This document shows positions 32,868 to 47,800 of a stretch of DNA of 64,000 nt, one piece after another; position 1 is the first letter of the stretch, and each line of letters opens with the position of its first letter. The notes under the pieces are model-generated. The model made no database searches. It had not been told where the DNA came from and saw only the letters and a program-made list of their open reading frames with translations. Position numbers and translations under genes: made by a program. Source of the DNA: the human T2T-CHM13v2.0 reference genome, Homo sapiens; NCBI RefSeq assembly GCF_009914755.1, contig NC_060929.1, one strand, 5' to 3'.

Positions 32868-32916
32868 ATTTGGTTGGTGCAAAAGTGATTGCGGTTTTTG
32901 CCATTAAACGTAATGG
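32868..32916 (+). mobile_element. MADE1 (Hsmar1 mariner MITE), partial
   Basis: ttggttggtgcaaaagtgattgcggtttttgccatta matches the Hsmar1 TIR after a TA. Confidence 0.8.
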
Positions 32917-33776
32917 GTAGGATGCAAGGAGGGGCTGGTATCCACCTCTTCCAAAAATGGGACAAAGCCTGTATGATAAAACCAATAGAGAGAGAGAGAG
33001 AGGGTAGGGAGGAGGAAGAGACAGAACCCACCAGGAGCTATGGAGTATGAGTCTGACGCCCACTGCCCAGGTTTCAATTACACCATCACAGCATTTACTG
33101 TTATGTGACTCTGGGCAAGTTACTTAATTTTTCTGTGCCTCAGTTTCCTCATCCATAAAGTAGGAATAAAATAGTAACTTACTCATAGGCTCTTTGCCTA
33201 CTAAACAAGGTAGTATATGGTGCACAAAAACCTTCAATACGTGTTAGCTTTTATGATTATTATTTATGTTTTACCTCATTAAGGATCATGACATCCCCCT
33301 TCAAAGACTCTTCCTCATTCCTGTCAATAGAATCAAAGGCAGAGGAACGGAGACTTAAAATCTTTGTGAAACTTATACTACCCTTATAAAATTTTGAGTG
33401 TGCTTTGAATTTTAGAGACACCACAGCAGTTGTGGTTTTTACATGAACTGGAATATTTCTAAGGATCAGATTAAAAGAACTTTTATCTCAGAGCCTTGAA
33501 ATCAAGGTTTTATTTCAGAGTCTTGAATTTCATGAGCCTCCTAGTTATGACATCCATGCATCCCAGAATTTCTGGGTCAGTCTTGTTTTAAGATTGAGTT
33601 GCATTGTCCCCATAAGCACAATCACATTTGTCAAATTGTGTGGTTAAATTATTCAGCAAATATGGTGATAGTATATTAAATTTGGCTACCTAGGGGCCAG
33701 AACTGCCAGCCCAACTGGGAAGTAGATCCTAGGAGAGAAGGGATGTATCACTTCAGCTCCTTCCTTTCTCCTGCAG

Positions 33777-34079
33777 ATCCAAGGTTTTGCCATCAAGGGG
33801 GGACGATTTACCAAAGCCCAAGACTGCGCCTCCTCCTTCTCGCCAGCTTTTCTGATCGGCCTGGCAATGTCCCTGATCCTGCTGCTGGTGTTGGCCTATG
33901 CCCTGCACATGCTCATCTACCTGCGGTATCTGGACCAACAATATGATCTCATCGCCTCTCCTGCCCACTTCTCGCAGCTGAAAGCTCGAGACACAGCCGA
34001 AGAGAAGGAGCTGCTGAGGAGCCAGGGGGCTGAATGCTATAAACTGAGAAGCCAACAGATCAGCAAAATCTATGTTTAG
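33777..34079 (+). CDS. ATP6AP1L: ATP6AP1L last coding exon: Ac45 C-terminal region, TM helix and cytosolic tail
   Basis: ttcctttctcctgcag| acceptor; IQGFAIKGGRFTKAQDCASSFSPAFLIGLAMSLILLLVLAYALHMLIYL...KIYV then TAG. Confidence 0.95.
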   Translation: MQGFAIKGGRFTKAQDCASSFSPAFLIGLAMSLILLLVLAYALHMLIYLRYLDQQYDLIASPAHFSQLKARDTAEEKELLRSQGAECYKLRSQQISKIYV

Positions 34080-34362
34080 CAGCACAGGCTGGCCCCCACC
34101 ATGTCCACAGTGGGCTCCGAAAGTTGTCTCTGTTCTGTGCTATTTGACTTGTGAATTACAGATTTTCACCAAATGGCTTGATTACAAAAAAAAAGAAAAA
34201 ACACAAAAAGGAAATAGATAATGAATTCTTTTTGAACCATCCACTGGCCTACTTAGGTAGACTTGGGGCAATCAAAAAAGGCATCTCAGGGATCCCACAG
34301 AGACAAATATGACTGTTAGTTGCCTCAAAGTACCCTGAAAGCAAAGGGGTATTTCAAGTACG

Positions 34363-34487
34363 GAAAAAGAGAGAGAGAGAAGAAGAAGGAGGAGGAGGAG
34401 GAGGAGGAGAAGGAGAAGGAGGAGCAGGAGGAAGAGGAGGAGGAGGAGGAAAGGGAGGGAGGGAGGGAGAGGGAGAGAGAGAGAAAG
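34363..34487. repeat. Nearly pure purine GA/(GAG)n low-complexity tract downstream of the ATP6AP1L stop
   Basis: Direct reading; source of the poly-E, poly-S and poly-L track ORFs. Confidence 0.95.
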
Positions 34488-34563
34488 ATTGGCAACACAG
34501 AGAAGGGAAAACACACTTGGTCCTCCTTGCCTGTGCCAGTTTGGATGTGACAATTATAGAAAT

Positions 34564-34569
34564 AATAAA
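34564..34569 (+). terminator. Candidate polyadenylation signal AATAAA
   Basis: First AATAAA I found after the stop codon, with T-rich sequence downstream. Confidence 0.4.
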
Positions 34570-35539
34570 CCAAGATTATCTGGAAGTTCATAATTTAAAC
34601 TATTTTGTAACATAATTTGCATTTCTAGATATTATGTCCCAATTTTGTTTTAAAAACAGTCTTTTTCTCTTTCATAGAAATGTTGAGGGAGGACTCAACA
34701 TGTGGCAGAGCACTTTATTTAAGGACCTTCTTGTCCTTTACTGTGCTGTTCAGAAGCAGTACAGCTCCATCTGTGAAGTAGGGGTAATAGTCATGGCCAT
34801 ATTTTACCTTTCCATTTGGGAAGGGGCCAGGGTTGTCTCACTTGTCTGATTTAGACCTCCATGAGCTCTCATAGGTCCACTTGGAATAAACAGTAGAGCT
34901 AAGCAATAACAGTGTGCTTGCTATGCAAACACAGCTTTGAGACATTCCCCTGATCTTCCTTCCAATGAGATAGTGCCCTCTAAATGCTTCCTGAATAGAA
35001 ATTCTGGAGCCACCACTGATGTTCTTACCATTGCTGTCTTTCATATGCATTCCTCATCATCCTTTTCAGCTCTTGGCAGATACTGAAGATTGATTCAACC
35101 TTCATCCTCACCAAAGCGTCTCTAATAATATACCTTCTGTCTTAAAGAGATCTTAAACATAAAGATGACATTGCATTTTCCCAGGTAGGGTTTGGTACAG
35201 GACCTAGGTTCTACTAAGAAGATACTCCTACACAAAACTTAGAATGCAGACAGGAAACATGTGCAGTGGAGGGTCACACACAGAGCAAGAAAATCTTCTG
35301 GGCAGCTGTCACGATGAGTCTGCTGTCTAGTCCCATCCTAGGTGGTAAGCAGTAGATGATAATGACAGTTTTCTGATGGGACAGTCTCATGTTGAGCATT
35401 TATTTTGGCTGCAATTTTCTTGGTTATGAATGTAGGTTTGGTTCTGGCCCTCTCAGAATTCTGTAAGATCCCATACTTTATAGTAAATTTCTTTCTGTTT
35501 TAATAACAGAGTTGATTCTGTAGTCTGCAGTGAAGAATC

Positions 35540-37700
<2,161 letters not shown>

Positions 37701-38711
37701 CTGATGTACCCTTTGATCCGCATAATAACAGTGTTGATGATAGAATCTAGATCTGGTATAAAAAGCCTTACTCGAACCATCATGGTAGATTCCCAAAGCC
37801 GAGTCTGCTCATAACTTGAATCTCTTCAGTGAAAAAGAGACATCTTAAGACATCTTTATGTCTGATGTTGAGCATTATTATGAACAATTGTATGCTTATC
37901 CATTAGGTCTTCATCTTTTTGTATCACTTCTGGTATGTTCCGATCTTCAGGTAAAGAACCTACACTATTCATATGAATACCTTTACTATAAACCCATTAG
38001 ATATGTGATTATTGCTCAGTAATTGTTGGTGCTGCAGAAACATAGCCTAAGAGCTGTCTCCTTGGAGATCTGTAACAAAATGGCAAAAAAAGTGATGTTT
38101 GACACAAGTTGGAGTTGAAGGAAAGATGAAAGCATGGCAGAAGGAAACACATATGCAAAGTCTAGGCTCTGTCATGTGTGGAGAACTATGAACACATGTG
38201 TGTGGGTAGGTAGATAGAATGTGTTTAGAGGAGTTAAGAAGGAGAAGCTGGAGATGAAGAGAGAGACCAGATCGTTGTGTTCACCTCAAGACTTAGAATC
38301 TTGACTTGAGGTAATTGAGAGGCCCTTAAGAAGATTTTGGAGGATTTCAAGCAAGACGATTACATGGTGTGGAAGTGTGAATAGAATAGGGAGAGAAGTG
38401 CTGATTAGGAGATTGTTGCAATAGCTTAGGCAAAAAATATTAGGACCTGAACTAACACAGTGGGATGGAAGGTAGAATCTAAAAGAGGTGTTAGGAGGTT
38501 GGCAACCAATTAGCAAATCACAAATGAATGGTAGGTGTCTGATTTGGGGTTGTGAGGATGGTGGTGTCAAGCTCTGCAATCAGTGAGAAAACAGGTGAGG
38601 GTGGGAGTGGGAGGCCCCTGGAGTCTGACAGTAGAAGTCCAAGTAGGCAGTTGGTTCTGTGGATCAGGGGAAAAATAGAGAGATCTGGACCAGAAACAGA
38701 AATTTAGAAAT

Positions 38712-39168
38712 GTAGCAGATGCTGTCAGTATTCCACCCATATTGCTTTGGTAGTTACCATTTTGGTGTATTCTGGCACATCTTTCCATTGTCAACAACTG
38801 TCCTCAGGGGCTTCTCTACCTATGGTCACAACAGGCTGGAAGGGGTAAGGAATTAATGCTTTCTGGGAGTAGCCCTCAAAAAATGACTCTCAGGGATTGT
38901 GTGCAAATGCTGCAGCTCATTTGCCCTTTGCCTGGGATAACTCTAGAGTATGTTTTACGCTGTTCCCTGGAGCTTCCCAGCAGGACTAAGCTCTTTTCGC
39001 CCATTGTGGAATCTTGCTTAATAATGTTTACTTTATGGGCTCCTTTCTCTTCCCTGTCTCCCTTCCCCACTCCCCTGATGGCGTTTCCAGGCATCACTGC
39101 CAAAACAAATGATTTGCATCTACATCCCTGTTTCAGGATATACTTCTGGGGAAAACCAAACTAAGACA
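38712..39168 (+). mobile_element. LTR16-like LTR inserted in an L2 fragment (about 38090-39480)
   Basis: tgtagcagatgctgtcagt ... ggaaaaccaaactaagaca; purine-rich L2-like flanks. Confidence 0.65.
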
Positions 39169-42100
39169 GGTAGTAATGGGCATATGGGGAAAGTTGAAAA
39201 CTAGGTGGTAGTGAAGAAATAAATGAGATCACCTGAGAAGAAAGGATAGGTTGATAACAGACCCCTGGGGAACACTATCATTTATGGAGTAGGACTAGAA
39301 AGACAAATCTGTAGATTTAGAGTAGGAGAAATCAGAGAGGAAGAGAGCAAACCAAGAAAGAGTAGTGTCCCAGAAATCAAAGGAAAACAGGATTTCAAGA
39401 TGAAGGAAGTAGTCAACCATGTCAAATGCTGGAGAGAGATCAAGTGAGAAAAGAACTAAGGAGTGTTTATTTCCTGCATTTGCCCAGTAGGAAGTCCTTG
39501 GTGAACATCGCACTCCATGGAAAAGAGGGAGTAGAGGGAGCTCAGGATATTTATCCCTTGGGGCTCTCCCAGAGGGAATGCTTTCGACTGGGTTTCGACT
39601 GGGTTTCATCCCTTCTCTGACGTTCACTGTTCCTTTCAAGACAGCCCCCTCCACATTCTCTCCTTCTGCCTTTCAGTAACTTCTTCCCTTGTTGCTTTCG
39701 ACTCAGGGATGGTTACTCCATTGCTACTAGCCCCAGGTCACTACACTATCCCTTGTGGTTCTCCTACACCCTACTGGGACCCTTATAAAAGGTTCTTGTT
39801 TAACTAAACCCCACTTAAATTATCCTAATTTGAGGGTGCCATCTGTTTCCTGTTGGAAACAGACTTACACAGGGGTTTAGACAAACTAAAATTTATTTGT
39901 TGCTTTGTTTTACATCTAGCAGTTTTAGAGTTTTTCGGAAAGGATTTAAGGCAACCATTTTAATAAGATTTTAATAAGATGGAAGAAACTTGAGCATATT
40001 GTAGGGTAAGGCATTAGCGATGAGGTGTTTGTTTTGCCTGCTGCAACATTATGAATAATGCGGTTCACATGTGTAATACACTCCCACAGAAATGGCCACA
40101 CGTTGTTACCCTGTATCCCAATTTTCGGGCTTTACAGCATTCTGTTCCTTTGAGATCCCTGATGCATAAATGTCCATGGGTAGCTGAGATAGGCCGTGGG
40201 CTACGGACAATTCCCAGATAGCAAACTAGAGCTTTCTCACTCAAAAAAGCATTGCGGAATATGAGAGTAATATTACAGAGCAGCTCTGGAATACTCTTTA
40301 ATTTATATAAACAGTGTAAGAAATCAGGGCTAACAAGCCACATGGTGTTACACCCCACCAGGCTGACTGCCTCTGCAGTTGGGAGCCCCTGCGCTGGTTG
40401 GAGGAACCGGGGAATAGGGAAAGGTTAAACAAATATATACTAGAGAGGGAAGAAAATTGGTGGAGCTAGGTCCTCAGAGGAACCAGAGTGTTACAGGATC
40501 CCCTTCTTGGGGGCGGGTGAGGAACAGCCACTTGCTCTTCCTCAGAGGAGACACCAAAGGGACACAATTTTCTAGGCAGGATACTGAGCAGCTGTCCTTC
40601 TGCCTGTGTCCCTGCCTGTGCCTTCCATGCCTTCACACCTCAAGGTCATGATTAATGAAATGAATCGACCCACATTTCTGTGTAACTCATTGAGATGACT
40701 TGCCTTTATTTCAGATTTCTTTCAGTGCGATAGAACTTGTAATGTTTCTATGTGATGCTGTTAGCTCCTGAGATCAACATTTTATAAGACCCAAATGGTC
40801 CAGAGCAAAACCTCTAGTTCCAAAGAATTGGAATTTAAAATGTGGTTTGAATCTTCTGAAATTTTTATTAAGGAAAAATAGGGCAAATGTAGGTGATCAA
40901 ATTAGTTGTTATATTTGTAACACATGTAACTCTGATGCTGGCTACCCGATGTCCCCAAATCCTCTGACCTTCTGCGTCAACCTTTAGTTTACTCTCCTAT
41001 AAAGTGGCTTGAGCCCCTTTCGTGTGAGAAGTAAGTCTGCTCCCCATCGTAGCTGGGCATCGGCAGGAGGGTGGACCGGGTGTGCGTGGCAGTGTCTCAC
41101 ATTCTCACTGTGCCTTCTGGTTCTGATTTCCTGCCTCTGGTGGTTCTCAGTTACTTTGCTGGTGGCTTCACCTTCTCCCCTGGCTCTCAGTTATGAGAGC
41201 AGCTGCATGATGTTGGCATGAGTACCACAGATTTTCCTAAAAGTTGGGGAATTGATAGGATAATTACGGCCTGAGGCAGGAAATCATTCCCAGTTCTCTT
41301 TTCGTGGACATTTAATGCGAATCCCTCTCACAGAGAATTTCTCACTGGCCATGCTTGTCTCTTGGCCCTGAACTTTCACCCTCTTGAGGATCTCTCTTTT
41401 TCTTCCCCCAAATTCTTTATGCATCCCCCAGTCTCAGAGACCTAAAAACCTTCTCTTCCCAGCCCACCATCAGAGGCTTCCAAATCTTCTTTCTTTATCA
41501 TGTCGAATGCTTTGATTCTTCTTTATTGGAACTCTGTTATGTAGGTTGAATTCTAGGAATCTCACCTTTCACAACCAACATGCTCGGTATGGCATTGTTC
41601 TTAAAGAGAAGAGCCTTTCTCCATCATAAGAAGATTTTTTTTTTTTTTTTTTTTTTGCCACCTAGCTCGAACTGCAGCATAACAACTCTTCATGTATTAA
41701 CCCCCTTCCCTTCTCTCCATCCATCCATCCTGTTTTAGATCTGAGATAAAAATGGTTTTACAATGTTAAAAAATAAAATACGTCTAAAGTATCTATAATT
41801 TAGGTCATGAAAGATACATATTATTTCTTCAGTGTAAAAGTTGTCACAGAAAAACTTAGAAATGTGAAGAATTTTTTTTTTGTAAAATACTTGGCTGTAG
41901 AATGCATATTATTGCAGTTTTTGGTTAAGGAGCTAAATTTTATTTCCAAGAATTTTAAAGTGATAAAGTGTTTCCCAAAATGTTCATCTTTAGCCAGCAA
42001 TGACATCAATTCTGAGCAAAACCCATCTCTGTCTTAAAATTTTGTTGTCACATTTATGTGTGACATTGAACTTAGAAACCTACTCAATGTCTCAATGTTC

Positions 42101-42842
42101 TCCTCAAACAAGGCACTTTCCATTTCCACTTCAATGAATCATTCCAATAAGATCTGAGACTTTCTTTACATGTTAGTAATTTCCCTGCTCTTTGGGAAGG
42201 TCCAGGGTCCAGAAAAATGCACTGATGAAGATTTTGATGTTCTAGCCTCTTTCTTGAGCTCCTTGTACCCTCAGCTGCGTCCCTCTTCTTGTTGAGGATG
42301 TGCATATTCTGAGACTGAACCTGATTTTCCAGGACAGCCCTTCTTCTTAGAGTGGTATTTTTGTAATACAAACTACAATGAAGACTACATTGGCGGAATT
42401 CACTTCATGTTTAAATGCCTGAGGTCAGAACTCAGGACTTGTTTTCTTCGTTCCTCTGTAGTTTGCATCTATTTCATCCTACAGTTGCAAAAGGGTCATT
42501 TGATTTGTTTTCTGGGGTATCAGCTCTGAACTGACCTCAAGTGCAGCTAGAGCTCTGCAGGGCCAGATGCAGATTTTGAAGCATAGATTATTTTCCTTCC
42601 TATAGAAGGCCCTCTCTAGGAGAATGAATATGAAATTATGAGTATAAACTAGGTATGAAGGTGATTCTCTGTTAAGAAAGAGAAACAAATCACAACTAGT
42701 TACAAATTTTGAAAGTTGACTGTATTCAAAATAATTTTGAAAGTTGACTGACTGTGTTCAAAATAGCTTATTTTCAAGACTTTTCCAAAAAGATCATAAT
42801 GCTAGGGACCCTTCCAGGGCCATGGAAGGAGCCTGTATAAAT

Positions 42843-42867
42843 GTGTGTGTGTGTGTGTGTGTGTGTG
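42843..42867. repeat. (TG)n microsatellite
   Basis: Direct reading. Confidence 0.95.
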
Positions 42868-42869
42868 CA

Positions 42870-43455
42870 TTATTTTTTATATCAACTTTTATTTTAGATT
42901 CAGAGAGTACATGTGCAGGTTTGTTACATGGGTAAATTGCGTGTTGTGGGGTTTGATGTATGAATGATCCCGTCACCCAGGTAGTGAGCATAATGCATAG
43001 TACCTGATAGTCTTCGAACCCTCACTCCCCTCCCCTGCAGTAGTCGCCACTGTCTATTGTTCTCATCTTTGTGTCCTTGTTTAGCTCCCACTTATAAGTG
43101 AGAACATGTGGTATTTGGTTTTTGGTTCCTGCATGAATTCCTTCAGGATAATGCTGTCCAGCTGCATCCATGTTGCTGCAAAGGATGTGGCTTCATTCTT
43201 TTGTATGGCTGTGTAGTATCCCATGGTGTATATGTACCACATTTTCTTTATTCAGTTCACCACTGATAGACACCTAGGTTGATTCCACGTTTTTGCTATT
43301 GTGATAGTGTTGTGATGAATATACAAGTACAGGTGTCTTTTTGGTAGAACAATTTATTTTCCATTGGGTATATGCCCATTTGCTGGGCCAAATGATAGTT
43401 CAACTCTTAGTTCTTTGAGAAATCTCCAAATTGCTTTCCACAATGGCTGAACTAT
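42870..43455 (-). mobile_element. L1PB/L1MA 3' end
   Basis: Antisense L1 3'UTR (catgtgcaggtttgttacatgggtaaattgcgtg...). Confidence 0.85.
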
Positions 43456-43559
43456 ATATATTAATTTTGGAATAGAGATTTAACATTATACACAATTGTA
43501 GTAGCTGGTTCAATAGTCTCTGTGAACCTATCTTCACGTCTTACACTAGAATTTGATGT

Positions 43560-43780
43560 CTGCAGTGCAGGCCTTTTGGAAGGGAGGGAGGGGATGTAAA
43601 GTGGGGGAGGGCAAGGACATCCTGTGCATAGTAGGATATTTAGCAGCATCCTTGACCTCTACCACTAGATACCCAATACCTAGGAGCATCCCCTCCTCCA
43701 GTTGTGATGAACAAAAATGTTCTCAGGCACTGCAAATGTCCTCTGGGAGACAAAAACCACTCCCAGTTGGGAACCACTGA
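43560..43780. mobile_element. MER20
   Basis: gtaggatatttagcagcatcc...aaatgtcctctggg...ttgggaaccactg. Confidence 0.75.
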
Positions 43781-44411
43781 CATAAGTCCTTTGCCTGTGG
43801 ATTCACAGCTGTGAGGACCCTAAAGTGGCTATGTGGCAGTCTCAACTTCCAGTTGAATGGAATTGTTGTTTTGTCTCTTGGTGGAAGCATTCCTCTTTCT
43901 TTGTAACTAAGAAATCAAAACCAGCCAAGCCAAAAGTTGCAAGTATGGGAAGCAAAACCTTTGCTAGTGAATCATCAGGGTATTAGTGAGAGGGTTACTT
44001 CTATTTCCATCCCTTAAGTCTCAGATTCATGAAGCCTGGTTATGGGAGTCAGGTTGCTATAACTTTTGGCCAGTTCTACTTACAATCTCATTTCTTCTCC
44101 TGCTAAATATTATAGATCACTTACAAACTTACAATTTAGCAAGGATCTTTTGTTTGTAAAATTAAGACAACCCCTCCCCCACCTCTTCCAGCTCACCTAT
44201 GTAAAGAAAAATTAGTCTCAGGGTATCTCATGGATCTCAAGGTCTGGATCCCAAGACCCAGCTAGGTCTTCTTGAATGACTGGATGTGGATTTGGAATAC
44301 AGTCTGGAATGAAGGGTGCTACTTTCTCTGCCTTGGTGTCTTCCCATCTATTTCTCTTTGGCATAAGATCTCTCATGGCTTTTGCATGTTTGCTTCCTCT
44401 CTTCAGCTCTC

Positions 44412-44891
44412 TGTTAGGAACAGGTCCCCAAATCTGGCCATAAACAGGCCCCAAAACTGGCCATAAACAAAATCTCTGCAGCACTGTGACATGCTCATGA
44501 TGGCTATGACGCCCATGCTGAAGGTTGTTGGTTTACCAGAATGAGGGCAAGGAACACCTGGCCCACCCAGGACGGAAAACTGCTTAAGGTGTTCCTGAAC
44601 CACAAACAATAGCATGAGGGATCTGTGCCTTAAGGACATGTTCCTGCTGCAGATAACTATCCAGAGCCCATCCCTTTGTTTCCTGTTTTAGTTAATCTAT
44701 GATTTATAGAAACAATGCTTATCACTGGCTTGCTGTCAATAAATATGTGGGTAAAACTCTGTTCGTGGCTCTCAGCTCTGAAGGCTGTCAGCCCCCTGAT
44801 TCCCACTCTGTACTCTATATTTCCATGTGTGTGTCTTTAATTCCTCTAGTGCCGCTGGGTTAGGGTCTCCACGACCTAGCTGGTCTGGGCA
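44412..44891 (+). mobile_element. MER9 solo LTR of HERV-K(HML-3)
   Basis: TG...CA ends, ctggccataaa duplication, aataaa, exact 6-bp TSD gctctc (44406-44411 and 44892-44897). Confidence 0.85.
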
Positions 44892-47800
44892 GCTCTCTGC
44901 CTGCACATGGGCTCATTGTGCTCATTCTAAAATGGCAGCCTTAGTCTCTGCAGGGCCTTCCAGCTCACCTCCCACAAATCCAAATTCCCACTCAGAGGGA
45001 ATCCCATTGGCCCACTGTGGTCAGTCAGGTGTGCCTGAGCAGTGATTGGCAAGGTCAATAAAAATGCCCTCATCTTGGCATTGGATATTCCTCTTTTATA
45101 AGAACCAGAAGGCTGTATTGCTTTTCTTCATGTCTACTGTTGGCAGAAGCCACATTGTTGAGTTTCTGGAACTTCTTTTCTACCCAGTCACCAGTAGAGT
45201 TTTACCTTTGCTGTCTAGTGGCCAATCAGCTTCTGTGCCTTCCATTGGAGGAAAATGAATGCGGGTAAGCAGTAAATTCCTTTTTCCTTGAGCTAACAGG
45301 CTGGGGCGGGGGATGGGGAAGACACTAGCTCAGGGCTGTTTCATATCTTTCTGGTGCTCCTGGTGTCCCAAGATAAAGGAATTATACCCTCTCCTTCTTA
45401 TAGAGTTGCTTCCAACAATGACCATGACATTCTGTTTCACGGCTGGGTCTATCTTCCTTTTTCTTTGGCAGGGGTCGGGGGAGGGGAGGGCGTTGTTTCA
45501 TTTTACCACAATCAAAATCTAGAAGTCTGCCGGTTAAGATGACCTTTAGTGGCAATATATATTTATGACTATTCTTCTGGATTTTATGGACCAAACAACT
45601 TTCATAACCAAATCTAGATACTGATGTATGGTTACCAGCTCTATATTTTGCCACATAAGGCCATTAGAATCTCCCATATCCAATTGTCATCATTGAATGT
45701 TAGGTTGAATGCTAGCAAACTGTTGTTTTTGTAGCTCAAAAGCAGTTGAATATTGGCAGTTTCCTTTGATTCAATCTAATGTAATAAAGCATATTCTAAC
45801 TTGAGAAATACAGGAAGGATATACCTTACAATAAAAGACTAGCTCTTAATACAAAGTTGTTTAATTTTATGAAACATGCGCTATACTTTCCTTAATTTTC
45901 TGATTTCATCATGGACCGTGACAACTTCATCCTGCCATGGTACTTGTTTTTGGTGAATCTTTTTTTGAAATTCTGGTCTAGTGAAACACACATGGGCGAC
46001 CCTCTCAAGATCATTCTCATTTCTTATAACTCTTTTTTCCTAATCTGAGACAGGGTGCTGGCCTTCCCTTTGTCCAAAGCCACGTTTAAAGAGGAGTCAG
46101 GTTCTCTGAGATCCTCTGAGGCTGTTGTTGGGTGAATTCCTCACTTGCACCAAACTTAGGTATTTAAGGGACATGCCTGCCAGCACACAATTTATTTTTA
46201 CACTCTCCCCATAAAGAACTTGATCACATTGACAAAAGGAGCCCCAGTCACCTCCTACGGTTCCTCAATGAACTATGCAGGAGTTCTACCAACCACAAGT
46301 TAAGCTGATTACCTTTAGAATCATCTTTCATCATCATCTTTGTGTATTTTGCACTACTTTTCTATCATCTCAGGCAACTCCCCCATCACCCTCTATTTTC
46401 TACCCAAGTGATCTTCATCTCTCCTACAAGCTAAATCCAGACAGATTGTATAACAAACTGGCGTTGGTTATTAAAAACATCTTTTTAGCTCTTGGCATAA
46501 CAAGCAAAACCACTCCTGATGAAAAGAAAGCCTGTCCCATATGGTTCTCAAAAGAAGTACAATTTTTTGAATTTACTGTACATGTGAAAATAATAAACAA
46601 TTTGCATTTCTTTCTTTTTCTAGTAATTCAGACTCTAACCTGAGGGTCTTTAAAGAATGGATTTAGTAATTTCTACATTGTACCACTTTCTGAAATATTA
46701 CTGATTTTCAATGAAGTAACTAAGCCCTAGCCAAATGTTTTAGTTTATTTCTTTCTCTCTCTCTCTTTTTGTCAATCTGTAAATGCGTCAGAAAAACGTT
46801 TACTGTAATGTTAGACTGTGCATGTGTTGGCATTAAAAGTGTGGTTTTGTCCTTACAGGGAATCAAATAGAAGCAAAATTATAGTTAATTCTTGGTTTCT
46901 GTGGTAATGGGGAACAGACTGAGTTTGTACCAATAACACTTGAAAAATTTATTTTAGAAATTAGGTTGAACTTTGTCCTTCACTAAACTTTTGCCAGAAA
47001 ATCCACATGCAGTCAAGTTGTTCTTCTTTCTCTTCTTCCTGGCTCTGCCCCAAGCTGGGGTAGGGAAATGGCCAGCAGGAAAGAAGGGTGGAATCAAAAG
47101 ACCTATGCCCAAATGTCGTGGTCCTGAGGTGGTTCTCAGCATGTTGACTAGAGTTATTTGTGGGAAAAGGAAACTACTCTGTAATAAACCAGGATGATAG
47201 CTTCCTACTCTTTCAGTAGGTGTCTTGCCTTTCCTTGTGGTTTAAGAGAGATCCCCCAAAACTCCTGTTATCTCCTTTCTAAATTCAGTTTCTAGTTAGC
47301 AATTGAAAGAAAGCAGTAGAAGGACTTTAGAGAACTCTGAGGCCTCTTTAAAGATATTCTTTCAAAAAATGATTTGAAGTATAGCTGAGTGGGAAAGATG
47401 CCACCACAGAGCCATCTACTTCTAGCCAGTAGCCTGCAAGAGAAAGGGCTTATTCAATGTAGTTTAGTCTCTAACCTTTTGGGGGGAAGGTAAGCTCTTT
47501 ATGGTCTCACGGCTCCCCTGGGGGTTTTCTATAGACCCGAAGGGGCGGGGCTACGCTTATTCTGGATCAGTAATGTGTCCTATTGCAAACAACTCACATG
47601 CTGACAGAGACACAAGTGCACTGCAGTCATGGTCTCCAGATGTGATGCTCCAATGGTGTAAGCCACTAATTTGTCCTGGAGCTATTACTCTTATCTGTTG
47701 AAGAAAACTTAGAAAATGACTTTCAGTTAAAAAAGAATTGCTGGAAAACTCTAACTCTTTGCTACTAATAGAAGTAATCCTGGCACAATTCTTCAAAAGC

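Noticed and set aside
33743-34085. Alternative-frame ORF 33743-33946 and antisense ORF 33753-34085
   Set aside because: Shadows of the real ATP6AP1L last exon, with no independent support.
34272-34591. Poly-Glu, poly-Leu and poly-Ser ORFs
   Set aside because: Artefacts of the (GAG)n purine tract.
42704-42766. Short tandem duplications (also about 1780-1815, 7953-7981, 39582-39607, 62739-62770) as possible CRISPR-like arrays
   Set aside because: Only two adjacent copies each, no spacers and a eukaryotic context; ordinary slippage duplications.
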